From positions 2,528,001 through 2,592,000 of the forward strand of contig OZ271918.1 of NCBI GenBank assembly GCA_965602015.1: a stretch of 64,000 nucleotides of DNA, in the 5' to 3' direction. The position numbers and the translations under genes are program-made. Below are positions 19,976-29,477 of this stretch, one piece after another. Below the pieces are notes generated by a model. The model was not told the origin of the DNA. It saw only the letters and a program-made list of their open reading frames with translations, and made no database searches. The DNA comes from Salinispira sp. (GTDB lineage: Bacteria; Spirochaetota; Spirochaetia; DSM-27196; Salinispiraceae). The stretch's first letter is position 1. Each line of letters opens with the position of its first letter.

Positions 19976-21498
19976 TCCCCGCCTCCCGGGCCGTGGTAGA
20001 ACTCCTTCATATCAGCGAAAAACTGAGCCCGGCTTTCATCCCAGGTGTAAAACATATGGCCGCCGCTGTAGTGTTTGACCGTCATGCGCGTGCGCTGCTG
20101 GTCGCTCAGCTTCATAAGATTGCTGATCCGCTCTGCGGAGAAGTAGGGAGTAACCAGATCGAATATACCGTGGGTAATAAACACCTTCATATGGGGGTTA
20201 AGGCTTATGCCGAACCTCAGGTCGTCGGTGGCGCCGACCTGGCTCTGGAGAGCATGGCTTCGGGTATCGATCTTCCAGCTTTTATTCACCGTCATGCTGA
20301 GGAGATTGTATTGACGCTCGCTTTCAAGACCGATGTTCCGTCGGAGCTGGGTGTTGATGCCCGAGGCGAATATCCGCTCGACAACATGAAGCGTCGGGTC
20401 CGGCCCGCTGTAGCCGTCCCGGTCAGGATAAGGATCTTCGACGGTGAGCGACGCATCGTACAAACCCAAATGCCGTCCCTGCTCCCGCAGGAGGTTTTTT
20501 ACGAAATAGCTGATGGGGATGCGCCCGTTGCGGTTTTTCAGGGTATCACGGGGAAGACCGATAAAATCCGCCGCCCTCGCCAGTACCCGGTTTTTCGCAT
20601 CCCGGCCGTACATGTCCCCGGAGGCCAGCACCGGAAGCAGCTCTTTAATGGCGAAATCGCCGGCCCGCCGCATGTAATTCCGGAGCCCCTCGCCTTCCCG
20701 GGCCTTTCTCGCCTTCTTGTGGACACAGGCGGCCCCGGCCATGGTCGGGAAGGTGTCCAGCCACATCAGGACGTCGTAATCCGAACCGTCGAGCAGGGTG
20801 AACTCGAGAGCCGGGGAAATAATCACCGCCCCGCTGAGTCCCACCCCGAAATCTTCCTGCAGCATTTTGGTGAGCTTGGCGGTCCGGAATCCCCCGTAGC
20901 TTTCGCCGGCGATGTACACCGGACTTTCCCAGCGGTGGTGACGGGACAAATAGGCGGAGATAAACTCCCCCAGAGATTCCAGATCCCGTTTTAACTGCCA
21001 GTACTCGGAACTCTCGGGTTTTTCATCCGTCTGCCCGGAGTCGGCTTTTTTCTCCCCGTCCTGATCGATCATACGGCTGAAACCGGTGCCGATGGGATCG
21101 ATAAACACCAGGTCGGTGAACGCCAGCCAGCTGTGTTCATTGTCCTTCAGGCGGGCTGGCATCTCAACCGGCTCGCCGTGAGGACCGAATACCGCTCTGC
21201 GGGGTCCCATGGCGCCGAGATGGAGGTATACCGATGAGGCGCCGGGTCCGCCGTTGAACACGAAGGTCAGCGGCCGGTCATCGGCTCCGGTGGCGGTATA
21301 GCTGACGTGGAACATTTCGGCCTTCGGTTTTTCCCGTTTTCGAAGGAGGAGCCAGTCAGCCGATGCGCGGTATGTCATTGTGTGGCCGTCGACGGTGAGA
21401 GAATGCTCTCTTGAGGCTCCGCCTGGGGGTTGGTAATCGCTGCCCGGTGCTTTCTCTGATTTTGCTTCCTGTGTCTTGTGGTTTTCGGCGTCTGCCAT
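19972..21498 (-). CDS. S10-family serine carboxypeptidase
   Basis: FNGGPG.SS, IDPIGTGFS, GESYGG, D-TPY, GGHM motifs. Confidence 0.92.
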   Translation of the reverse strand: MADAENHKTQEAKSEKAPGSDYQPPGGASREHSLTVDGHTMTYRASADWLLLRKREKPKAEMFHVSYTATGADDRPLTFVFNGGPGASSVYLHLGAMGPRRAVFGPHGEPVEMPARLKDNEHSWLAFTDLVFIDPIGTGFSRMIDQDGEKKADSGQTDEKPESSEYWQLKRDLESLGEFISAYLSRHHRWESPVYIAGESYGGFRTAKLTKMLQEDFGVGLSGAVIISPALEFTLLDGSDYDVLMWLDTFPTMAGAACVHKKARKAREGEGLRNYMRRAGDFAIKELLPVLASGDMYGRDAKNRVLARAADFIGLPRDTLKNRNGRIPISYFVKNLLREQGRHLGLYDASLTVEDPYPDRDGYSGPDPTLHVVERIFASGINTQLRRNIGLESERQYNLLSMTVNKSWKIDTRSHALQSQVGATDDLRFGISLNPHMKVFITHGIFDLVTPYFSAERISNLMKLSDQQRTRMTVKHYSGGHMFYTWDESRAQFFADMKEFYHGPGGGE

Positions 21499-21528
21499 GG
21501 AATGCTCCTGATGTAGAAGGGGGCGGAA

Positions 21529-22014
21529 TCAGGAACGCTGGGGCCTCCAGATATCCTCGTCGGCCCGGGTGAACTTGCGCTCCATAAGTTCCACTAAATT
21601 ATCCCGGGCTGGCCCCGGTGCGTTAACCAGTATATTACCACGGCTGTCTAAAAGAAAGGTGCGGGACTGCACCTGACTGGGAGTCTTGGTTGCCCGGAGA
21701 AATGCGGCCACATCGGTGAAGATGGGATAGGTCCGGGACTTTCGCGCGGGATCGGCGATGTACCAATTGAGGCTGAGGTGAATGGATGCCCGGGAGGCAA
21801 AATCAAAGGCGGGAAGCACCGGGACTTCATAGTATGAGAAAGACGGCAGTTCGGCCTCCCAGCGCTGCACTACGGGCAGCCAACTGTCGATGATTTGCTG
21901 ATGCTCCATGAGAAAGCCCGTGAGTACTACGTTCCAATGACCCGAAAAATCCGCGGGGAAGACCGCCTTCTCGCTGTGTAAATTCTGTCCGATCAACTCA
22001 GGAAATCGCTGCAT
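21529..22014 (-). CDS. Hypothetical protein (possible thioredoxin-like fold)
   Basis: 161-aa ORF in operon-like context; FP.L.G..L, Q..IDSW, YEVPV, FLLD..G pattern. Confidence 0.6.
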   Translation of the reverse strand: MQRFPELIGQNLHSEKAVFPADFSGHWNVVLTGFLMEHQQIIDSWLPVVQRWEAELPSFSYYEVPVLPAFDFASRASIHLSLNWYIADPARKSRTYPIFTDVAAFLRATKTPSQVQSRTFLLDSRGNILVNAPGPARDNLVELMERKFTRADEDIWRPQRS

Positions 22015-22054
22015 GACTAAAAACTACCCACCCTCCGGTTGAAAATCAAGCAAC

Positions 22055-23107
22055 TCATGCCTTTCCCTCAGTGGGTTCAATGTCTTTTTTAGAAAAAGGA
22101 TAATGCCGGCCTCCGCCGTCCCCCACCAGGGCATCGGCCTTCGCAAGACTCCGGACGATGCGCTCCACATGAATGTGGCTCGTTCCCACGAAAATACCGT
22201 ATGAATCCCGGGCTCCCCCGGCTGCTGTTCCGGCAAGATAAGCACCGGGAGCCGAGGTCTCCATGGTCTCCTCGCTGTAGTCCGGACTTCCGTCGGCATC
22301 CAGCTCAATGCCGAGCTGCTCGAACATGGATGTGTCCTTGGCGAACCCCAGGCACAGCATGACGAAATCGGTTTTAATCGTTGCCGGCGCTCCGTCCCGA
22401 AGAAAACTCACCTCATCGGTCCGAATTTCCTTCAGTCGGGACGACGGCAGGAACGCGATCTTACCCTTGTCGATGAGTATGGAGATTTCCAGATGATAAC
22501 GGCTGTTGAGCCGGTTTTTATCAAGGGAAGCCCCCCGGTGCATGAGGGTCACCCGGGCTCCGGCCCGCCAGCAGCGAATGGCGGCTTCCACCGCGGAATT
22601 CCGTCCGCCGACGATAAGCAGGTCTTTCCGGAAATAGCGGTGCACATTCCGGTAATGCAGGTCTACGTGTTCCCCCTCTTCGCCGGGTACCCCGGGGAGC
22701 CGGTGGGCATGCATGTTTCCGTGAGCGAGTACAATATTTTCAACCCGGTGTAGGCTTGCGGTCCCCCGAAAGTCGCTGCGGATTTCAAAGCCCCCGGGAA
22801 TTTTTGCTATCCCGGTTACCCGTCGATAGGTCATGATGTCCAGGTCATAGTACTCAACCACAGCCCGCAGGTAGGCCAGGTACTCTTCACCGGTAAGCAT
22901 GTTTTGATGGACCGTCTGCACCGGTATGCCCGCAATGGCAACCCGCTCGGGACTGGAAAAGAACGGTGTTTCCGCCGGCCAGTTGTGGATGGTTTGGCCC
23001 ACCTGTCCCGAGTCAAAATGGAGGTAGCTCAGGCCCAGCCGCTTGAAGTTGGCGGCGATTTCAATTCCGATGGGTCCGGCTCCGATGATTGCTGTGTTGG
23101 CGTCCAT
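22055..23107 (-). CDS. YpdA-family FAD/NADPH oxidoreductase (putative bacillithiol-type disulfide reductase)
   Basis: IIGAGPIG, FFSSPE, EYLAY, GGRNSAVEAA, MET..PG.YLAG; RBS GAGG before ATG 23107. Confidence 0.8.
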   Translation of the reverse strand: MDANTAIIGAGPIGIEIAANFKRLGLSYLHFDSGQVGQTIHNWPAETPFFSSPERVAIAGIPVQTVHQNMLTGEEYLAYLRAVVEYYDLDIMTYRRVTGIAKIPGGFEIRSDFRGTASLHRVENIVLAHGNMHAHRLPGVPGEEGEHVDLHYRNVHRYFRKDLLIVGGRNSAVEAAIRCWRAGARVTLMHRGASLDKNRLNSRYHLEISILIDKGKIAFLPSSRLKEIRTDEVSFLRDGAPATIKTDFVMLCLGFAKDTSMFEQLGIELDADGSPDYSEETMETSAPGAYLAGTAAGGARDSYGIFVGTSHIHVERIVRSLAKADALVGDGGGRHYPFSKKDIEPTEGKA

Positions 23108-23237
23108 ATTGTTGTCCTCTGTTTTTCCGTTACTCGGTTTCATTTGGGCGGGATAAGAAGGAAAAGCCGATGCAAACTCCCCTCCCGGGCCCCGATGCAT
23201 TAAGATAATAGGCGAGGAGTACCGTGAAAACCGCATC

Positions 23238-24290
23238 ATGAGAATATCCGAGGCAGAGCTGGTCACAATTGAGAAAAAAAAGCCCTCATACCCCATCGGA
23301 GCCCGCCTGGGAGAATATCTGAACGAGTACGGCAGGCTCTTTTCCCAACCCCTATACTATGAGGAGCTCAGGGATTTCAGCGAGCAGATCCCCCTCTACG
23401 ATGCCGAAGGCATAGACAGCTACTGGCAGACTGTGCTGTACGGCCCGGCGGAACGGAGCGTTCTCGAAGACCGTTTGCGGCAGGTGTATGCCGAATTAAA
23501 AATGGAGGGCAACCGCTCCTTTCTCAAGCATCTCTACATAGACCGCATTGATTACTGCGAGTTCGGCAATTCCCAGCCGTTCAGAATCAGAGTGATGAAC
23601 CGCTACAATGACAACCACGATTACTACTATGTGAAAAAAGCCGATTCAAGCCGGATTTACGGACTCGAGCTTGAACACATACTCTCCCCGAACAGGATCA
23701 ATATCCTGGTCTACGGCGACACCCTCGTCGAAGAGCATATCGCCGGCATACCGGGGGATTATTTTATCAAGCGGCAATTGGCCGAAGACCGGAACATCAA
23801 TAAAATCAGGGTTTCAAAGGAGTTCGTGAAATTTTCCGAGCGCTGTTTTGTCAAGCTCCTGGGGGATATGCGCAGCTACAACTACGTGCTGGTCCTCACA
23901 CAGGATTTTGACGCCCAGCAGTATCGGGTGCGGGCCATCGATTTCGACCGCCAGTGTCACGAGGGTAACCTAAAAGTCTACATGCCCCAGTTCTACCGGG
24001 AAAACCAGCCGGTGGTTGAGATGGTCTGGGATTCCCTTCCGGCGGAAACCATTCGGCAGTACCAGTCGGAGGAACGGTCTCTTATGAGGCGCCGGGCCCA
24101 ATCCGCCCGTTTGCGGCTGGAAGATCTGTTCGCCGCCATGTCACAGGACCCGATAGCGCCCCAGGAAAACGTCGATGAACTGGGGATGCAGCTTGGGGAG
24201 TATCACCGGGATCGGGCCTTCGCCCGCTGCGCGTCTATGGGAGATCTGACAAGAATGCATTTGTTTGAAATGCTGGAAAAACGGGATTAA
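23238..24290 (+). CDS. Conserved hypothetical protein, probable atypical (HipA/PI3K-like) kinase fold
   Basis: Gly loop FGNSQPF, YVKK, E in LELEH, LGDMRSYN, AIDFD in kinase-like order. Confidence 0.65.
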   Translation: MRISEAELVTIEKKKPSYPIGARLGEYLNEYGRLFSQPLYYEELRDFSEQIPLYDAEGIDSYWQTVLYGPAERSVLEDRLRQVYAELKMEGNRSFLKHLYIDRIDYCEFGNSQPFRIRVMNRYNDNHDYYYVKKADSSRIYGLELEHILSPNRINILVYGDTLVEEHIAGIPGDYFIKRQLAEDRNINKIRVSKEFVKFSERCFVKLLGDMRSYNYVLVLTQDFDAQQYRVRAIDFDRQCHEGNLKVYMPQFYRENQPVVEMVWDSLPAETIRQYQSEERSLMRRRAQSARLRLEDLFAAMSQDPIAPQENVDELGMQLGEYHRDRAFARCASMGDLTRMHLFEMLEKRD

Positions 24291-24292
24291 GC

Positions 24293-27262
24293 ATGGAAAC
24301 CCTGTTTCTCGCCCTGAGCATGGTTTTGACCTTCGCCCTGCTGATACTTGTTCTCAGGCGACGGGCGGAGCGTCGGCAGACCGGAGGCGCTCCCGGTCAG
24401 CCCATGATAACTGATGATTCCCCGGAAAACCGTCTGTACCGCAACAGTATTTCCCTTGAGATCCTCGGCATAGCTGATAGAGCTGATAGCAGGCTCAGCC
24501 CGTCAGAGCGGAACCGGAAAATCGTATCCTCCATGATGGCTGCTGTGCAGGAAATGCTTGCATGCGCCTATGTGTATGTGCGCATCGGTTCTCCGGGCAA
24601 TGCTGATGAAAGCCTTTCGGGCGCCTGGGAGTACCGTTCCGGTTCATTGGAAGCCGCTGGGGATTCTCCGTCTCCCGAGGAACTCTACCGCCGCCTCATC
24701 GGACGGAACTTTCCCCGTTCAACAGGCTGGCAGCTTGTTGCCCCGCAGGCCCTGACCGCGTCGGCCCTGCCCCGATTAACTCAGTGGCCGGGCGAGGAGA
24801 GCCCCCGGTTCGCACTTATCCGCACCAGCGAAGGGGACTGCCGGGCCGTGCTGCTGGCGGCGAACCGTCAGCAGGACCTCGTTCCGGAAGCCGTAGCCGA
24901 CGCAACCCTGGCGTTCGCCGGATTCATCGGGCGGCTCGAGCGGTGGAGGATACTGCACATAGCCAACCAGCGGGACCGGCAGATCCGACTGCTTTTTGAT
25001 CAGACCGTTACCGGGGCTGCGCTGCTATCCGCCAATGGAACCATACGGCGGGTCAATCAGCGATTTGCTGAAATACTCGGCGAACCTGCGTCCGCATTGG
25101 AAGGCAGGCTGATTCAGGAATACTTTGACCATGAGGGAAAAGAGCAACTGGAAGCCGCCCTGACGAGCCCTTCCCTTCCCCTGTCGTTTGAAACTTCAGT
25201 CACTGCTGCAGACCGCTCGAGCTGCTACCTGATGATTCACGTCAGCGCCGAGGCGGAACCCATGGATGCGGACCGCGAGCTGATGATGCTGGCGGAAAAT
25301 ATCAGCGAACGGAAGTCCATGGAACGCTCCCAGAAAGAAATGAGCGACCTGCTGGAGTTAAAGGTCCTGGTGCGAACCGAAGAGCTCGAAATCGCCATGG
25401 AAAAACTCCAGGAGCGGGAGATCGCCCTTCGGGAAAGCGAGCAGCGCTTTAAAAATGTCGTCGGCGCCATGAATGACATGATATTCACCACCGACTCCCG
25501 GCACTACATTACCGGAGTATTCGGCAGCTGGTACGAACAACTCTGCGCCCACAGCGATACGGACATAATCGGCGAAAGCATTGCCGCTCTGTTCTCCCTC
25601 CCGGACGATCTCATCGAACGAAGCTTCATGAACACCGAAGGCCGGGAACGCGGTATAGTTGAATGGGAAATTTCCGACAGGACCGGAGTACGGCGGACCT
25701 ACCTTATTGCCATCAGCAAACTACACGATCAGAAAGAGCTGATCATCGGGTACTTGGTGGTGGGCAGGGAGATTACCCGGCGGATCAGCGCAGAGCGGGA
25801 GCTGGCCGCCGCAAAGAATGAAGCTGAGAGGGCGAACCAGGCAAAATCTGAATTCCTGGCAAACATGAGCCACGAGATCCGCACGCCAATGAACGCGGTA
25901 TTGGGCTACACTCAAATCCTCCAGGGGATGATAACAGACACAAAACAGCTGAACTATATCGGCATCATTGAGCGTGCGGGCAAGAGCTTGCTGCAGCTCA
26001 TCGACGACGTTCTGGACCTGTCGAAAATTGAAGCGGGCAAAATGCAGGTGGCTCCCGCCCGTTTGTCCCTCAGAAGGCTTATCAGCGACATTGAAAATAT
26101 TTTCCGGGTTCGGGTGGAGGAAAAAAACCTCTACCTGGTTGCGACCATAGACGACGACCTTCCGGAAACCCTGGTGACCGATGAAACCCGGCTCAGACAG
26201 ATCATGGTCAATCTGGTGGGAAACGCAGTGAAATTCACCGATACCGGGGGGATCAGCATCACCGTTTCGTCAAGTCAATTGGATGAGCAGCATCTCCGCC
26301 TCTCAATTTCGGTTAAGGACACGGGCATCGGCATTGCTGAAGACCAGAAAGATCTTATCTTCGAATCCTTCAGTCAGCATGAAGGCCAAAGTTCGAGAAA
26401 GTACGGGGGCACCGGCCTGGGACTGGCGATTAGCCGCAAACTGAGCGGCCTATTGGGTGGCGAGCTCACGCTGAACAGCATCAAGGGAGAGGGCAGCACC
26501 TTCACGCTCACTCTGGATGCGGTAAAATTTCATCGGGAAGATGACTCTCAGCAGATGCCGGCGGGAACCGAGACGGCGGTTAAATTCAACGGAGAAGTTA
26601 TTCTGGCGGTGGATGATGTTCAGACCAATCTGCTGCTGCTTGAGCACATTCTGTCCGATGCTGGCGCCCGGGTAATCACTGCAGACAGCGGCGAGTCGGC
26701 CATTGAAGCCGCGGAGAGCCAGGAGGTCGATCTCATAATTATGGATATACGAATGCCCGGAATGGACGGCCGCACGACGGCATCCAGAATCCGGGAAATA
26801 CCCCGCTACCGCCATGTGCCCATAATCGCGCTGACGGCTTCGGTGAGCATTGCCCGGGAAAAAGTGAAACAGCGGCAGTTCGACGGGTGGGCTTACAAAC
26901 CGTTCAGAGCGGCGGATCTCTTAAAAACCATCCATGGTTTCCTGAATAATAAAAGCGACGAGCCCGCTCCCATCAGTCTGCATACCAGGCTATGGGAGGA
27001 GTTCCGTCAGATGCCCGCGGATACCCGGGAGCGCTTATTGCCCCAAGTCCGCAGCGAGCTGGTCGATCCGGCAATCAGACTCGGCTCGTCCATGACCCTC
27101 ACGGAGGCCCGAAGGTTTCAGGCGGAAATTGAAGAGTTCAGCAAGCGGATTGAATGGGCATCCCTGCGCCAGCTCAGCGAAGAACTTGCACTGGCGGTTA
27201 AAACGTATAGAATTGATATTGTGCGGGAGAAACTGAGCAGTCTGATTGGGGGCATTGAATGA
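24293..27262 (+). CDS. Hybrid sensor histidine kinase (TM, 2 PAS, HisKA, HATPase, REC)
   Basis: FLANMSHEIRTPMN, NLVGNAVKFT, DTGIG, GGTGLGL, MDIRMPGMDG. Confidence 0.95.
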   Translation: METLFLALSMVLTFALLILVLRRRAERRQTGGAPGQPMITDDSPENRLYRNSISLEILGIADRADSRLSPSERNRKIVSSMMAAVQEMLACAYVYVRIGSPGNADESLSGAWEYRSGSLEAAGDSPSPEELYRRLIGRNFPRSTGWQLVAPQALTASALPRLTQWPGEESPRFALIRTSEGDCRAVLLAANRQQDLVPEAVADATLAFAGFIGRLERWRILHIANQRDRQIRLLFDQTVTGAALLSANGTIRRVNQRFAEILGEPASALEGRLIQEYFDHEGKEQLEAALTSPSLPLSFETSVTAADRSSCYLMIHVSAEAEPMDADRELMMLAENISERKSMERSQKEMSDLLELKVLVRTEELEIAMEKLQEREIALRESEQRFKNVVGAMNDMIFTTDSRHYITGVFGSWYEQLCAHSDTDIIGESIAALFSLPDDLIERSFMNTEGRERGIVEWEISDRTGVRRTYLIAISKLHDQKELIIGYLVVGREITRRISAERELAAAKNEAERANQAKSEFLANMSHEIRTPMNAVLGYTQILQGMITDTKQLNYIGIIERAGKSLLQLIDDVLDLSKIEAGKMQVAPARLSLRRLISDIENIFRVRVEEKNLYLVATIDDDLPETLVTDETRLRQIMVNLVGNAVKFTDTGGISITVSSSQLDEQHLRLSISVKDTGIGIAEDQKDLIFESFSQHEGQSSRKYGGTGLGLAISRKLSGLLGGELTLNSIKGEGSTFTLTLDAVKFHREDDSQQMPAGTETAVKFNGEVILAVDDVQTNLLLLEHILSDAGARVITADSGESAIEAAESQEVDLIIMDIRMPGMDGRTTASRIREIPRYRHVPIIALTASVSIAREKVKQRQFDGWAYKPFRAADLLKTIHGFLNNKSDEPAPISLHTRLWEEFRQMPADTRERLLPQVRSELVDPAIRLGSSMTLTEARRFQAEIEEFSKRIEWASLRQLSEELALAVKTYRIDIVREKLSSLIGGIE

Positions 27263-28215
27263 GCGAAGAGAAAGATCTTGTCCTTATTGTGGACGACAAC
27301 CCGCAGAACCTGCAGTTTCTCGCGGAGATTCTCGACAACAAGGGTTACGAACCGGCGGTGGCCCTTAACGGCCGGGAAGCCTTGGAATTTATCAGGGAGC
27401 GGGAGGCCATCGACGCCGTCCTCCTGGACGTCATGATGCCGGAAATGGACGGGTACGCCACCTGCCGGGAGATCCGAAAAATGCGTTCCAAGGACGAACT
27501 CCCGGTAATCTTCCTCACTGCCCTGAGCGACCGCAAGGATATTTACCGGGGCTTCGAATCCGGCGGAGTGGACTACATAACCAAGCCCTTCGACAGCGAA
27601 GAGCTGCTTCACCGTTTGGCAATACACATACAACTGTCCCATGCGACCCTCGAGCTAAAAAAAACCAATTCGGAGCTCGAAGAAAAAAACCGGCAGCTGC
27701 AGCGGCTGCAGCAGAACCTCGAGCTCCAGGCTTCAACCGATCCGCTGACCGAAACCCTGAACCGGCGATCCATGCGGGTCAAAATAGACGAAGAAATCAG
27801 CAGATCCGCCCGCTATCAGCAGCATTTTTCCCTCATTTTTCTGGACATTGATCACTTTAAAGGCATAAACGACAAATACGGGCACGACAAGGGCGACCTC
27901 GCCCTGGTGCAGGTTGCGGAAATCCTAAGGAGCGGAATTCGGGGGGGAGATGCGGTCAGCCGTTGGGGCGGCGAGGAATTCCTGGTGCTCCTGTTAAACA
28001 GCGACCTGGACGGCGCGAAGCAGTTCGGCGAACGGCTTATGGATGATCTGAGAAATCACCCCTGGAGCGAAATAAGCGAAGGGTACCAGCTCACCGTAAC
28101 CGCCGGAGTCGTGGCGCACAAGGAAGGCGAAAGTTTCGAATCGCTGATAAAAAGGGCAGACACCGCGATGTACCGGGGCAAGGAAGAAGGGCGAAACCGG
28201 CTGATTGCCGGTTGA
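27259..28215 (+). CDS. Response-regulator diguanylate cyclase (REC-GGDEF)
   Basis: VDD, LDVMMP, KPF; DIDHFK.IND.YGH..GD; RxxD I-site (RGGD) and GGEEF. Confidence 0.95.
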   Translation: MSEEKDLVLIVDDNPQNLQFLAEILDNKGYEPAVALNGREALEFIREREAIDAVLLDVMMPEMDGYATCREIRKMRSKDELPVIFLTALSDRKDIYRGFESGGVDYITKPFDSEELLHRLAIHIQLSHATLELKKTNSELEEKNRQLQRLQQNLELQASTDPLTETLNRRSMRVKIDEEISRSARYQQHFSLIFLDIDHFKGINDKYGHDKGDLALVQVAEILRSGIRGGDAVSRWGGEEFLVLLLNSDLDGAKQFGERLMDDLRNHPWSEISEGYQLTVTAGVVAHKEGESFESLIKRADTAMYRGKEEGRNRLIAG

Positions 28216-28216
28216 A

Positions 28217-29468
28217 AGTGCCCCCAAAACAGCTGATCGAATCAACATAACTCTTTTGCCAGTAGTCTTCTATGACACGATTACCAGTTCATAGGAGATT
28301 ACCATGGCATTTCACCCCCGTTTCTGTCCGTACTCGGACTGCTCTCAGCATCATCGCGACAAAGCATCAAGCCGGTGCTGGTTTGTCCGAAACGGCCACT
28401 ATCACTGCCGCCGCCTCGGTTCTTCACAGCGCTATCGCTGTAAGCATTGCCGTCGATACTTCTGCGAAAGCGCGTTTCACCTCGATTATCGCGCACATCA
28501 TCGCCTCGATTACCGGCGCATCTTCTCTTCGATCAATTCGGCCTCCGGCATCCGCGACATTGCCCGGGAGTTTTATGTCACCGACAAGGTCATTCTCAAT
28601 CGGCTGAGCCGATTGTCCCGTCAGGCAATCGCTGCCATGGCCGAGTTATTGAATGATCATACAATCGATGAGGATATCGCAGTTGATGGGTTTGAAAGCT
28701 TTGTGTATAGCCAATACTGGCCGAACAACTTCACCCTCGCGGTAGGTTCCGACAGCCAGGTTGTCTATGCGTGCGACTATGCGCAGATGCGGCGCAAAGG
28801 GCGGATGACCCCCGCACAAAAGCGCCGGCGCGATGAGCTCAATCGCCGGTATCCTATTGCAGGGGGACAAATTGCGCGATCTTTCCAGGATGTGATAAAC
28901 ACCATTCTTCCCCGGTGGAAGGCCTATTCATCGAAGAAGCCATGCTATCTCTTGAGCGATGAAAAACTCGAATACCGCCGTGAGCTGTTCGCTCACCGGG
29001 ATTGGGCGGCGTTGGAAAATGCAGGGAAGGTACTCCATCACCGAACCTCATCGAGGGTGGTCAGGACCACTGAAAACCCCCTGTTTCCGGTGAATTACCT
29101 GGACCGGGAGATACGAAAGGATCAATCCTGTCATGTCCGCCAGAGCGTGCAGTGGTCAAAATCGGTGAACAACAGCATGGAGCGGATGATGATCTACATC
29201 GCCTATCATAACCTGCTCAAGCCGTACCGGATAAACGGACGAAACGATATCAGCCATGGTGAGGTTGCCGGGTTTGACCGAAAGCGGGTACTCACGTTGG
29301 CAAAAAGGATGTTTACACAGCGGGCCTTCGTTCATCATCTGGTGCTGGACATCAGCCAATGGAAGACCTGGCACCGGATCTGGAAGACACCGGTGAGTGC
29401 GCTGAAGATCGATCTTCCCGATTATGCGGTGGCCTGAGGAGCGGGAAATCAGCTGTTTTGGGGGCACT
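28217..29468 (+). mobile_element. Insertion sequence, ~1.25 kb, 21-22 bp terminal inverted repeats
   Basis: AGTGCCCCCAAAACAGCTGAT at 28217 and its exact reverse complement ending at 29468 flank a single transposase-like ORF; no TSD seen. Confidence 0.9.
28304..29437 (+). CDS. Transposase, IS1/IS1595-like (Zn ribbon, HTH, DD-E/N core)
   Basis: CP..C...QRYRCKHC zinc ribbon; GIRDIAR HTH; acidic motifs AVDGFES, LSDEK, and LFPVNYLDREIR; RBS AGGAG. Confidence 0.8.
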   Translation: MAFHPRFCPYSDCSQHHRDKASSRCWFVRNGHYHCRRLGSSQRYRCKHCRRYFCESAFHLDYRAHHRLDYRRIFSSINSASGIRDIAREFYVTDKVILNRLSRLSRQAIAAMAELLNDHTIDEDIAVDGFESFVYSQYWPNNFTLAVGSDSQVVYACDYAQMRRKGRMTPAQKRRRDELNRRYPIAGGQIARSFQDVINTILPRWKAYSSKKPCYLLSDEKLEYRRELFAHRDWAALENAGKVLHHRTSSRVVRTTENPLFPVNYLDREIRKDQSCHVRQSVQWSKSVNNSMERMMIYIAYHNLLKPYRINGRNDISHGEVAGFDRKRVLTLAKRMFTQRAFVHHLVLDISQWKTWHRIWKTPVSALKIDLPDYAVA

Positions 29469-29477
29469 TCAAAAGCC

